Under the pieces are notes generated by a model. That model worked only from the letters and a program-made list of their open reading frames with translations, had not been told where the DNA came from and ran no database searches. From NCBI RefSeq assembly GCF_006345805.1, contig NC_043008.1, positions 33,356,001 to 33,420,000 of the forward strand: a DNA stretch of 64,000 nt. Reading direction: 5' to 3'. Made by a program: the position numbers and the translations under genes. Shown one piece after another: positions 51,600-64,000 of the stretch (positions within the stretch are counted from its first letter, which is position 1; each line of letters begins with the position of its first letter). This DNA is from Octopus sinensis. Lineage: Eukaryota.

Positions 51600-52095
51600 G
51601 CTAGATTTACTGGTGATTCACTTTTAAATGTCAAACATCAGTGGCCTCTGAGAGTCAAGGCATAAGTGTTCTTATCATAATTCCTGTTAGAAATATTCTA
51701 CAAACATTGCTAACACTATCTTCAGTCTTTCAAATATTTTTCTAGTCACACAAACAACCAATTCCAGATTCCTAAATCCTTATTGTTTGGATGACTTTAG
51801 TAGAAATAATGAAAGATTTTTATACAGCCACAATAAAAAAAGAGGTCTTTTATCCTTGAGAATTTATAGACCTTGATACAAGCAAAGTCTTCCACAATTT
51901 TTATCAGAAGAACCTTCTGGCAAATTTGCTTAAGGGATTCCCAGATCTTTCATTTCTCAAATCAAAAGTATTTTTTCATCAGAGTACTCCACTGCAGTGT
52001 GTGTTAAATTAACTATTCAAATCACATTTTATCAGCTATGATGTACCTCAGAGTTTGATTATGAATTCTATATTTATTTTCTTATACATTGACTG
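51600..52095 (+). mobile_element. Decayed CR1/L2/Jockey-type LINE RT fragment
   Basis: LDTSKVFHNFYQKNLLANL (LD.SKAFD...H..LL.KL) at ~51872 and DVPQSLIMNSIFIFLYID (GVPQGS.L.P.LF..YI.D) at ~52040. Confidence 0.6.
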
Positions 52096-53476
52096 ACAAT
52101 GTCATCATTGTCACCACTGGTACCACCACCAATGCTACACATCTAACTGATTAGCAAACTTTATTCATCCTCATGCTGCCCTTACTATTAGCCTATTTAC
52201 ATGCTATGTCCTCTCTCTGTCTCATACTTTTACTAGTTCTTGATCCTCTGAACTAGCTAGATTTTTGAGCCATCTACCTTTATCTCTCTCACCAACTCTA
52301 CTATGTTACTCACAAAACCCTGTTCAAGCAACTCATCTAATCCTTACCACCAGCCCAAACTGCAATGCTCTGAAATTTTCTTCCAGTCACAGTTTTCTGA
52401 CACATGTCAACCTACAGCAATCCAAGTTAAACATCAACCACACAGACCTCAATTGTCTGGTCAACCCTGCAATGGTTATGGGCACTAGCCATCTTACACT
52501 GCAAAGGCAATGGCTAATGATTCTCTCCCTTACACAATGTCACTGGTTCTTAAACAGTACCACATGGTTCTGGGCTCAGTCCCACTATATAGCACCTTCT
52601 ACTATAACCTCAGGCCAACCAAAGCCTTGAGTGGATATGGTAGATCAAAACTGAAAGAAGCCTGCTGTGTGTGTGTTTACATCCCTGTCACTAAGCAGTT
52701 TGGCAAAAAAGATCAAAAAAATAAGTATCAGGCTTTAAAAGAAAAAGCATGAGAATCAATTCACTTAGCTAAAAAGATTCTTCAAAGTGGTGCCCCAGCA
52801 TGGTCGCAGTCTAATGAGTGACACAAGTAAAAGGTTAAAAAGGTAAAAGTACACTGTAGAACAGATTTCAATAATACAACTTAAACTACTTTTGATGTCT
52901 TGAAAATCCTGTTATTCATAATTTTTTTTAATATCAAACAGCCATATTCTAAAGCATACAAGTTAAATTTTTCAAACAAATAAAGGTAGGTCAATATGTA
53001 CACCAAGACCACTTTGGAGGACCAAAAATTCCATGTGAACTGCAGCAGTATTTTGAAAGAGAGTGATGATATTTGAACTGTTTGCACAGTATGTTTACAT
53101 TAAATACTAAGTCGACTCGTATGCTGAAAAACAGAGTATGATTAAAAGCACTGATGCTGGTGCCACATGGAAAGCATTCAGTTCACTCTGTGGAGTGGTT
53201 GGCAATTAGGAAGAGCATCCAACTATAGAGACCATTCCAGAACAGACAATGGATCCTGGTGGGGCTCTGACCTTACCAGCTCTGGTCAAACCATCCAACC
53301 CATGCCTGCATGGAAAACACATGTTAAATGATGATAATGATTAATAAAACAATCTAAGCAATCTGGGTTTCTATATTTCATTTTCTAAAAAAAGTCTGTT
53401 TCCCAACTGTGTGGGTTTGGGTTCAATCCCACTGCATGATACCTTAATTGACTACCCCCAGGTAGAAGACTGTCAT

Positions 53477-53520
<44 letters not shown>

Positions 53521-54306
53521 TAGTATGAGTTTGTATTGCCCCATGTCTTCACATATATTCGTTGGTTGCAAACAATAGCTTGCCAATGGTGTTGTTTGCT
53601 TATGAATTCACTGTGAAAGCACATCTGGGCTTCAGGTCATGACTGAACCATATTGTGTGATCTTTGTAAGCTAAAAGGTTCATTTATATAGGATGGTTTT
53701 CCTGGTTTTCCATGTGAACATATGCAGGCTATTTGTTGATGAGGAGATTATTACATCTGGAAACAAGTGGGAGTGGGCGAGAGTGGATGACACGAAGGAT
53801 GTCCAACATAGAAAACTCTGCCCCAACATATCCTTGTCTGATTCACGCAAACATGGTAAAATAGATGTTATGATGATGATGAAGAAAAGAGTTTCGTTTT
53901 TCTTTTTTCAATTTTCTCATACAAGTGCACCAAGAATATTTTAGTGGATCTCCAGCATGCCAGCACATATTCTTAAATCTAACCTATATCATCAATATAC
54001 TCCTTGATCTATATTTGCCAAAGTATTTAGTACATATACCCAGTACATAATAATTTATTCATATTACATATTCTTATCAGTGCAATTGTGTAACCTATCA
54101 TTTTACAACCAATGACTATCAAAGACAGAGGTCACTGAATACAGTCTCAACTTACACTCAGCTTCTCTCATACATATTTGATAAGGAACAGATTATTTTT
54201 AAACATTATCAGTTGAAATGTGAATCAGTGATAACTGCGGTAATACAATTCACAGTTATGCCTCCTCTGGAGTTCTATATTCAGTTCTCTTTTGCTAAAC
54301 TTAGTT

Positions 54307-54530
54307 TTAACCCTTTTGATACAAACCTGCCTGTGACTGCCCTTGTATGATGCAAACTTCTTTTTTAAAATAATCTAAATTAAAAAACATCAGTCAAAAA
54401 GTCCATGTTAATGTATATTCCAAACACCAGCTTAATGGTAAATTCATTTCACCAAATTCTTCATTATTTTCAAAATTAATGAAAACAAAGGCAGTGTATT
54501 TTGACAGAAATATGGTAACAAAAGGGTTAA
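54307..54530. mobile_element. piggyBac-type MITE family 2
   Basis: TTAA-CCCTTTTGATAC ... GTAACAAAAGGG-TTAA. Related copies occur at ~5780-6010, 42536-42855 and 50093-50320. Confidence 0.8.
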
Positions 54531-54639
54531 GGGAGACATAATGTTGAGGGTTAGAAAATCATGTGAATTTCACATAATTAAATTTGTGTTAACATATTCA
54601 AAGCCAGGTATACAGAAAAAAGCAAAAAAAAAGCTATTA

Positions 54640-54795
54640 GGAGTGGCTGTGTGGTAAGTAGCTTGCTTACCAACCACATGATTCTGGGTTCAGTCCCACT
54701 GCGTGGCACCTTGGACAAGTGTCTTCTACTATAGCCTTGGGCCGACCAAAGCGTTGAGAGTGGATTTGGTAGACAGAAACTGAAAGAAGCCCATC

Positions 54796-54863
<68 letters not shown>

Positions 54864-55096
54864 GTGTGTATATGTTTGTGTGTCTGTGTTTGTCCCCCTA
54901 ATATCGCTTGACAACCGATGCTGCTGTGTTTATGTCCCCGTAATTTAGCAGTTCGGCAAAAGAGACTGATAGAATAAGTACTAGGTTTACGAAGAATAAG
55001 TCCTGGGGTCAATTTGCTCGACTAAAGGCGGTGCTCCAGCATGGCCACAGTCAAGTGACTGAAACAAGTAAAAGAGTAAAAGAGAGTAAAAAGAGT
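54640..55096 (+). mobile_element. SINE family B, near full length, with internal (TA)n/(TG)n
   Basis: tRNA-like head TGGCTGTGTGGTAAG...GGGTTCAGTCCC and tail GACTGAAACAAG(TAAAAGAG)n. Related copies occur at ~9183-9470(-), 25690-26075, 36345-36660, 47690-48045, 52550-52845, 57540-57870, 61360-61700(-) and 63525-64000(-). Confidence 0.88.
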
Positions 55097-58000
55097 ATGT
55101 CCCTATTTGAATAGAAATACCACAAACTCATCAAGAAGAAGTCATCAACAAGTGAACATATATCTTTTACAGCTATGATGGTTATGACAGGTCTGCAAAA
55201 CCAATGGAGAACAGCTGAAAGCCAAGAAAATTATATCTGGAATTCTTCTGTCTGCAAAACTGGACTGTGCATGTAGTAAGACATTGCTCGATGAGAGACA
55301 GTTTCAATACCAGTATGGTAGCTTGACACATGCTACACCATCTCTATCAGCACACACACACACACATATAAAATTTTTAATAAAATCTGAAATTTTATAC
55401 CGTCATTACTTAAACTTTTAGCACTTAAACCGGCCACATCTGGCCCAAATTTATTCAGACTGGCCAGATCTGGCCTCCTTCACTTATCCTACAATGTTAT
55501 TCTAAAAATAAACAATCACATCATCAAAATCTTGAAGCTTCAAGATAAGGCATGATTAATACAAAATAATTGGATAAATAAGCATTGCATTTGAGAGAAT
55601 AATCTCAATGCTAAAGGGTTAAAGTTTTGCATAAGTGCATTATGCAAAAGTAGTAACATGTAACAGTAACAACAATATCATTGCTCTCTGTTTGCCCCTG
55701 ACTTGTGTGTTCTACCCACATGCCTTGTCTGACTCTATTAGGAAAGGCATTCAGCTGTAAAAATCCTGCCAAAACAGTCACAGAAGTCTGGTGCAGGCTT
55801 TGGCCTGGCTGGCTCTTGTGGTACCATCCCACCTATGCTAGTATGGAACGCAGACATTAAATAATGATGATGAATATCACTCCTTCATAGTCAGCCTATG
55901 AACTTTTCAGCCCACTCGAGTATCTCAAGCAACCAAGTCTTTGGGATACTTTTACCATACTGTGAGCCATCAAATCTGCTTTAGCCTTAACTCAAGTATC
56001 ATAATGACCTTTCTGAAGATTTCAAGCATCAGAATCAGTGTACTCCTATGTAGAAAAAGTGTACAATGACGAACACTATACTCACTCTTCATCAATCAAC
56101 TCAAGAAAATTTCCCACACACTCTACCACAACAAACCAAACTACATCTCTTCTCCTCCTCACATTTCCACTTCATGCACCAGGCTTACCTCCCACTCCCC
56201 AATTTTGTTGTCTTGGCCCTGTTACACTGTATCATTGCTATCTGCCAGCTTCCGACCTTCATGTTCCACCCTTGCCCTGTCTTGTATCATTGCATATACC
56301 CAGCACTTTGCCACCATCTCTAGCCTTCTGTCTCTCTCCTCCTGCACTTCACATAGGTTGTTTAACCATGTATCTCCTTTGCGGTAGCACACCTGTTTCT
56401 GTCTTCATTCCGGATCTCTTCTTCTCTCTCCTGCCGGGTAACCTTGTACCTCCTGTACAGCAAGATACCTGTTTCTGTATCTATACCTCAACTATAACCT
56501 TTCATCATCCGACACCCGATCACCTCCTCCAATGCTCCCTCCTCTCTCAAGTTTTTTTAATTTTTGTCTTGCAAGTACTTGGTGACTCTGTCAGTGCAGG
56601 TGCCACTTAAAAGCACCCAGTCCACACTGTAAAGTGGTTGGTGTTTAGAAGGGCATCTGGCAGTAAAAATCCTGCCAAAACAGTCACAGAAGTCTGGTGT
56701 AGGCTTCTGCCTGGCTGGCTCTTGTCAAACCGTCCCACCCATGTTAGCATGGGAAGCAGATGTTAAACGATGATGATCATCATTACACACCACACTACTT
56801 TGTACATGTGAAAATGTGTATACTATATGGCTCTATGGTGGTTAGGTGTAAACATACAAACTTTAGGCTATGTATTCAAAATACACCTTGAACTTGACTC
56901 ATTCTTTGTTTTTGAAAATGTGTTATTATATCTGAAAACAAATTACAACTAGATTGTATCATGATGCTACAAGAACAAAATTATGAAAGCAAACTTACTA
57001 TCTTTAGTGGGTGTGTGCCACTAGCTTAGTAAATGCAGAATATACACCTATTTTATATAATTAACATGTACAGAAGTTGGGTCATCAAACTTGAAGCAAT
57101 TTGGATGATTCATATAAAGCATTTAGGCTTAATTTTTTAAATCACACCCTATTGTATTTTAAAAAGGGAAAAGGAAGGACATTGGATAATGTAGTCCAAG
57201 AAAGACAGGAGAGTTATGGCAAGAATGTCTTTGATCATAGGTATGTTCAGTCAGGTCTGATCTTGGAATACAGAAAACAACAATTAAGCAAGGATCTGCT
57301 GAAAATAGTAAGTGAATCTTCTTCAAATCATATCCTGCAGTGCAGTTGTGAAAAAAAAATGACACATTGGATAAGTATTCCAGAATACATTATGCTGAGA
57401 AACAAAAGGAGGGGATGGGCATAACTTGAATGCATTTGACCACAGTTCTGCTTGATCAGGGCTTTCCTGGGGCTAAACAACAACTTCCAAATAAAAAATA
57501 AGACCCTTATAATGAGATTCCAAATGAAATGTCTCAAGCATGGCTGTGTAGTTAAGAAGCTTGTTTTGAAACCACGTGGTTTCACCCAATGCTTTGTGAG
57601 TGAATTTGGTTGATGGAAAATAAGTGGAAACCTGCTGTGTGCATGTGTGTGTGTGTGTGTGTGTGTGTACATATGTGTAAGTATATGTATGTGTGTGTGT
57701 GTCTTTGTATATGTTTCCATGACTTAGTGGTTGGGCAAAAAAGATTAATAGAATAAATAGCAGACTTAAAAAAAAAGTACTGAGATTTATTTATTTAATG
57801 GAATCCTTTAAGGTGGTGTGCTAGCATGGCTGCAGCTCAAGATTGAAATGAGTAAAAGATAAAGAAAGAAAAGCTACCATTTATCTGGGATGATCCTAAC
57901 TGGTGATTTATTGATTAAAATTGGTTGTTATTTTGCTCTGACTGAGCAAACTTCTAGTCAAACACAGTCTAGCTGTGACAAGCCTGTTTCTTTTTCCCCT

Positions 58001-58494
58001 CAAGCAACGTACATTAAGAACCACATTATTTTATGTTCCTTTCCTCCTCTTTTTAGCTGCTATTTCAAGCAGTTTGGCATGGTTATTAAATAGAAAGTTT
58101 ACTTGTCATGATTTATTATTATTGTAAAACAATGAAAGCATTACACTTGACAGCAGCATAAGCTGTATATAGTAATAGGATATTATTAATCCATTCATGA
58201 AACACGAGATTTTATTGGTGCAGTGCTTTGGTTCAGTTTTGGCAATGCTAAACAAATGGGAAACAAAGTCTGCCACATGTAACTTTTACCAGATGCCCTG
58301 GAACCTATTCTCTTGCTAAGTGGACTGGGCACATGGAATTTAAGTATCTTTGCCAAGAGACATGTGTAACTTTACCTGCAGTAGGAAATAAACTTACTTC
58401 CTGAGAGTTAGTAATTTAATATTATATTCCAAATATCTTGTTCGGAATATAGTAGCTAAACCATATATCATTACCATCATCATAATCATTTTAA

Positions 58495-58831
58495 TGTATG
58501 ATGCAAACTTCTTTTTTAAAATAATCTAAATTAAAAAACATCAGTCAAAAAGTCCATGTTAATGTATGTTCCAAACACCAGCTTAATGGTAAATTCATTT
58601 TACCAAATTCTTCATTATTTTCAAAATTAATGGAAACAAAGGCAGTGAATTTTGACAGAAATATGGTAACAAAAGGGTTAAGGGAGACATAATGTTGAGG
58701 GTTAGAAAATCATGTGAATTTCACATAATTAAATTTGTGTTAACATATTCAAAGCCAGGTATACAGAAAAAAGCAAAAAAAAAGCTATTAGGAGTGGCTG
58801 TGTGGTAAGTAGCTTGCTTACCAACCACATG
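58495..58831 (+). repeat. 337-bp local duplicate of 54344-54680
   Basis: Same length with four substitutions. It includes unique sequence plus parts of two different repeats, so it is not a transposon copy. Confidence 0.95.
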
Positions 58832-61800
58832 CTCACAGGGATTGGACAGAATTTGTTAAGGTGGATTTTCTATGGCTGGATGTTCTCCCTCCACCTGTTT
58901 CCAAGAAAGGTAATATTTCTTTATAGCCAGACATTACTTAGCGGTTCGGCAAAAGAGACCGATAGAATAAGTACTGGGCTTACAAAGAATAAGTCCTGGG
59001 GTTGATTTGCTCGACTAAAGGCGGTGCTCCAGCATGGCCGCAGTCAAATGACTGAAACAAGTAAAAGAGAAAGACAAGTTTTTATGGAAGATTGAAAACA
59101 AAAGACACCGCATTCATGCTTGTGACATTTGCTTACAACTATCATGTGATGTCAAGGCAAGAGACTGTAACACACACATGTATGAGGGGCTTCTTTCACT
59201 TTCCATCTACCAAATCCGCTCACAAGGGCTTGGCAGTCTGGGGCTATAGTAGAAGACACTTGGCCAAGGTGCCATGCGGTAAAATTGAACCCAGAACCAT
59301 GTGGTTGGAAAACAAACTTCTTACACATAATGATCAGAATCATGTTATCTACTGTGCTACACAAATAGGAAACAAATCTTCCCCTGGTTTGGGTACTTTT
59401 CTATCCTATGATAGGAACTAAACTCAGAACAGCAAGCTAACAAATAACCTGTCAACTCTATGGTGTTTCCGCTTGCATTACTTACTTAGTCCAATAATAT
59501 ATGCAGGGGAGCAGTAACACTTCTCTGATGGAATCCTCCTTACTCTCTTCTGCAGTGGCCACCTCAAAACAGAACCACCAAACATACAGAATCTAGGTGA
59601 AGAATGAAGAGAATACAACAAGCTCATGGTATAATTAGAAAAATAGATCTATAAGCTGCACCTAGTTGTTTGGCTAATTATGGAGCTGCCATTGGGCTGC
59701 TCTGCTCAGTGTTGACCTGGCACTATACAACTACTACCACCACTACAGAAATAAAGTGGACAGCAGAGAGAATTCAAGATGTCCAAACCATCTTACTACA
59801 GCTCATATGCTTCATCTGAGGTCAGAGTATGCAGTACTGAACTCATCTACACAGAAACACAGTATAACTGGGAAAATACATTAGTGCTTTGTACTATATT
59901 GTTTGGTTAACTCCTTGCATCCTATAGAACTGCTCTAGCAGAACTGATCCAAGGCTATCTTACAATAGCAACAACAGCATATCATTAGGTGAACTTGGTA
60001 ATTGAGAGTTCTCATGTGGCTATGTACACAATACAGAGACAGGCTACAAACTGCTAAACTCTTGGTCCATTGGCTGATATTTACAATTCATTCGACCATC
60101 TACCCTCTCTCATCTGTTTGAGCTTGCTTGTATTTGCTCAAATCATGATACTGCATAGCATTTGGGAGATCAGCAAAGTAATACCCCATGCCCATACAGA
60201 GCTAGATGACGAAGGTGTAACTGACATAATGCTAAGAAGAGGAACCCCTATGAATTCAAAGACCAGAATCATCAAGTTCTTGAAGTCTGTTAGTGCTAAT
60301 ATCTATAGACTTGATGACAATGGATATTATAAACCAACAAAGATTTCATGACTACATTTCTGAATAACATGTATTACTAAACAATTCAGCCAGCATAGTA
60401 GCTGATGATTAACCTTTTAGTATTTAAATATTAGATATTCTACATGTTTTACACTTAAACCGGCTAGATCCAGCCTCTCACACCTACCCTACAATGTCAT
60501 TCTGAAAAATAAACAATCCCAACATTGAAAACTCAAAGCTATTAAATAATGCATGATTAATTGAAAACAATGTGAACAAATAAGCATTACATTTGACAGA
60601 GTGATCTGAATGCTAAAGAGTTACACTTTAAATAAAAGTAGTCAATGAAGAATGGAAATATATTCATTTCTAAGACTAAATTTTAATTTTTCATTTCAGT
60701 AAGTTAAGAATCTAAAGAAATTAGATGTAATCTGTCTAGCAAAAATTATTTGGTAAAGTTTGCCACGAGGAGATATGAAAATGAGTATTTTGGGTAATGC
60801 CCTGCATTTAAAATTATATTTCCTTCCAAAGAAGGAAATTATATACTTGAAAGCTCAAAAAATCATGTCTACCAAGTGCAATGGTATTTTCAGATGGTGT
60901 ACCACGACATATAAGTGTACTGTGAGATGTAGCAAGGTGCACTGTGAAAATAAAATTATATTTTAAAAATATATGAAAACTACAAACTGGAAATCTAAAT
61001 CTAAAATTTTTATGCATTTGTACTGATAAAAGTACTTTTCAGGAACTAAAAAAAAAGACACTTTATCTATTTTGATTCAGTTTTTGGCATCATGTCTAAA
61101 TCAATTGGGATTTTTTTCACTTAGTAAATGAAAATAAAAAAAAAAAAAAAGAAAGAAACAAGAGAAACTTCATTAGCGCAACTACACTGAAGATGTAAGA
61201 AGGCAAGTTTACCCCAAATACATTCAAATATAGAAAACATACCCCCCCCCAATCATCAAACTCATGTTTCAACTTTGCTTTTCACATCGAATAAAGAAGT
61301 TAATACTTAATTTTCTATAATTTAAATTATTTATATTTATAGGCTAAATTATATCTTTTATCTTTTACTTGTTTCAGTCATTAGACTTGCAGGCATACTG
61401 GGACACTACCTTAGAGAAAATTTTTTAGTTGAATGAATTGGCCCAAGTACTAACCTTGGCACATACCTATTTGTCTCTAAGTTATGGGGACATAAACATA
61501 CCAGCACCAGTTGTCAAGCAGTGGTGGGGGACAAACACACACACACAAGACAGGCTTCTTCTAAGTTCCATCTACTAAATCCACTAACAAGGTTTTGTTT
61601 GGCTCGAGGTTACAATAGAAGATATTTGCTTAAGGTGCCATGCAGTGGAACTCAATCTGGAACCATTGATTGGGAAGCAAGCTTCTTGCCACACAGCCAT
61701 GCCATTTATTATATACTGTATGCACAAAGTTGATTTTTTTATATGCTCATTTTTCCATACAAATATGGGTAAGATGAATATATTATCAAGGCATGATTTT

Positions 61801-64000
61801 ATAGCTGGATGCCGTTATTAACATTAACTAACATTAACTGTTTTGTAAATGAAGGATCACTTGTTCTACGAAGTACCACAAAGCTTTGAAAGCATGAAAT
61901 GAGTAGGGGATTTACCGACAGAAGTGCAACAATAACCATTTGAACATTGTCACTTTCATACAAGAGAGTGTGGATATAAACAAAGACAGACTTACGCATA
62001 TGCACACACATACATATGATAGGCTTCTTTCAGTTTCTATCAACTAAATTCACTCACAAATCTTTGTTTGTTCTGGGGTCTATATTAGAAATCCTTCAGC
62101 CCAAGGTGCTACACTGCACAAGGAGACTGAACCCATAACCATGCGGTTAGGAAATAATCTTCGTAATCACACAACCATACCTGTATGTGCCATGAGTAAA
62201 AAAAAGTTTAGAAATCAAGTCTAAGAATGTACCAATTTAACATAAAAAACTACATCAAAAGACATCATTATTTATTCACAACCTTCCAAAAAATATTGAT
62301 TCCCAGTTACTCACTTTCTAATGTTTTGTTAATATTTTTTTTAATAATTTTAATAAACATGGTAACTAATTCAGTGCCTCATAATTTTTAATTTGTTTAC
62401 CTAAATCAAAGAAGGGGGAATGTTGGCCATGATCTATTGCAGGCCCTCCAAGACTGGTCAAGAGGCAAAGGAAGAAGAAACTACAACCCACATATTGACA
62501 CATTGGTGTACTATAGTTGTCAACAGTGTATTAATATATCTTCTGGTTGAAGACATTGTCCAAATGCTTACAATAGAATGGGTTCTGCTGAAAGAACTTA
62601 ACACAGTAATAAACCGGCTGAATTTAATTAACTAAATCTTTTTTTCTTTCTTTCAGTGAAAAGAAGCTATAATTAGTAAGCAACGATGGCAAAATGTCAA
62701 ACTATGAAAAACAAATAGCTTCGATCATAATTAACCATTAAAATTTCATTTGGTTAAATCTGATTCTTGAATTGAACAGTCATTGCAAGTTCAAAGATAC
62801 CAGAAAAGCCAACACTTCTGTCAACAAAAAGTAAGCAAAAGCTGAAAATGCCTTAGTATTGAACATTATAAGAACAATCTTGAACAGTAGGACATTATAA
62901 GCAAATATTTATAGAACTGATTTATATACTGTAAAAAAATTTTCTTAAAAAATAGATAAATAGAAGGAACAATTTATATTACAACTTTTCTATTTATCTT
63001 CTTGTAACTTGAGGGTACCCCTATATCTTCTCTACAGCAAGACACCTGTTTCTGTCCCTCTATTGAACTTTAACTTCTCATCACCTGATATAAAGTTACC
63101 TCCCTCAATACTACATAACTCTCAGTTAAGGGGTTTTGTCTTGCAAGTTGCTTAGTGATTTCACTAGTGCCCTGCAAAAAAAAAAAAAAAGCACCCAGTA
63201 CATTCTGTAAAATGATTGGCATAAGGAAGAGCATCCAACAGTAGAACCATGTTGAAACAGACACTGGAGCTTGGCATAGTCTTCTGGCTTGCCAGCTTCT
63301 GCTGAATCATCCAACCCATGCCTGTATGGAAAATAGAAGTTAAACCATGATGATGATGAAGTTAAGGAGAGGGACTATCAATTCACATTAATTTAAAGTC
63401 TGAAAATGTCCAATAAGATAATCACTGAGCATTACAACAGAATTTTTAACAAAACTTAGAAACAAGCAATTTCCTCAATTCTAGGAATGGATTGGGTTAA
63501 GTTCATGAAACTTAGTTATTCTTTCTTTTGCTTGTTTCAGTCATTATATTGCAGCCATACTGGGGCACTGCATTGAAGAGTTTAGCTGGACAGATCAACA
63601 CCAGTATTTAGCTTTAAGCCTGTACATGTTCTATCTGTTTCTTTTAGTTGAATTGCTAAGTTACAGGGACATAAACAAACCAACACCAGTTGTCAAGTGG
63701 TGCTGGGGGACAAACATAATCACACACACACACACACATGTATGTCATTGTTTAGTTTTATTTCAAGATTCCTTGCCAATTGAGAAAGAGGTATGTATGT
63801 ACGTAAGCATATATGTACAGACAGACAGACAGAGAGATAAAAAGATAGATCAACATACAATGGGCTTCTTTTAGTTTCTACCCACCAAATCTACTCACAA
63901 GGCTTTGGTTGGCCTGAGGCTACAGTTGAAGACACTTGCCCAAAGTGCCATACAGTGGGACTGAACCTAAAACCATATGGTTGGGAAGCAAACTTCTTAC

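Noticed and set aside
56038-56610. Longest ORF in the track (190 aa)
   Set aside because: GTG start, pyrimidine-rich low-complexity translation, runs into a family C repeat; no domain signature or splice support.

Overview
AT-rich, microsatellite-laden animal genomic DNA. The dominant SINE-like repeat families look like those of Octopus (coleoid cephalopod) genomes; this is inferred from repeat recognition, not from a search. Almost all ORFs in the supplied track are noise from repeats. The one convincing protein-coding gene is on the minus strand: a first coding exon encoding a CARD (death-fold) domain (11423-11711), spliced in phase to a 27-nt micro-exon (5503-5529), then presumably continuing left out of the window. 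A chain of clean but non-coding minus-strand exons lies upstream (15109-15215, 22280-22371, ~32330, ~36749, 38866-38995, 40479-40618, 51089-51202). These imply a long spliced 5' leader and/or a separate lncRNA/micropeptide gene. The rest is transposable-element debris: several SINE families with target-site duplications, piggyBac-type and hAT MITEs, non-autonomous Helitrons, and decayed RTE, CR1/L2 and R4/Dong LINE fragments. The most notable non-standard signals cluster in the CARD-gene introns. They are a type I hammerhead ribozyme core with an unusually large structured stem II (10174-10284), decayed hammerheads including one recoverable from a palindrome, long fold-back palindromes embedded in (TA)n tracts (probably Penelope-like retroelement remnants), and a pre-miRNA-sized hairpin. 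A 337-bp microhomology-flanked templated duplication is also present (54344-54680 copied to 58495-58831).
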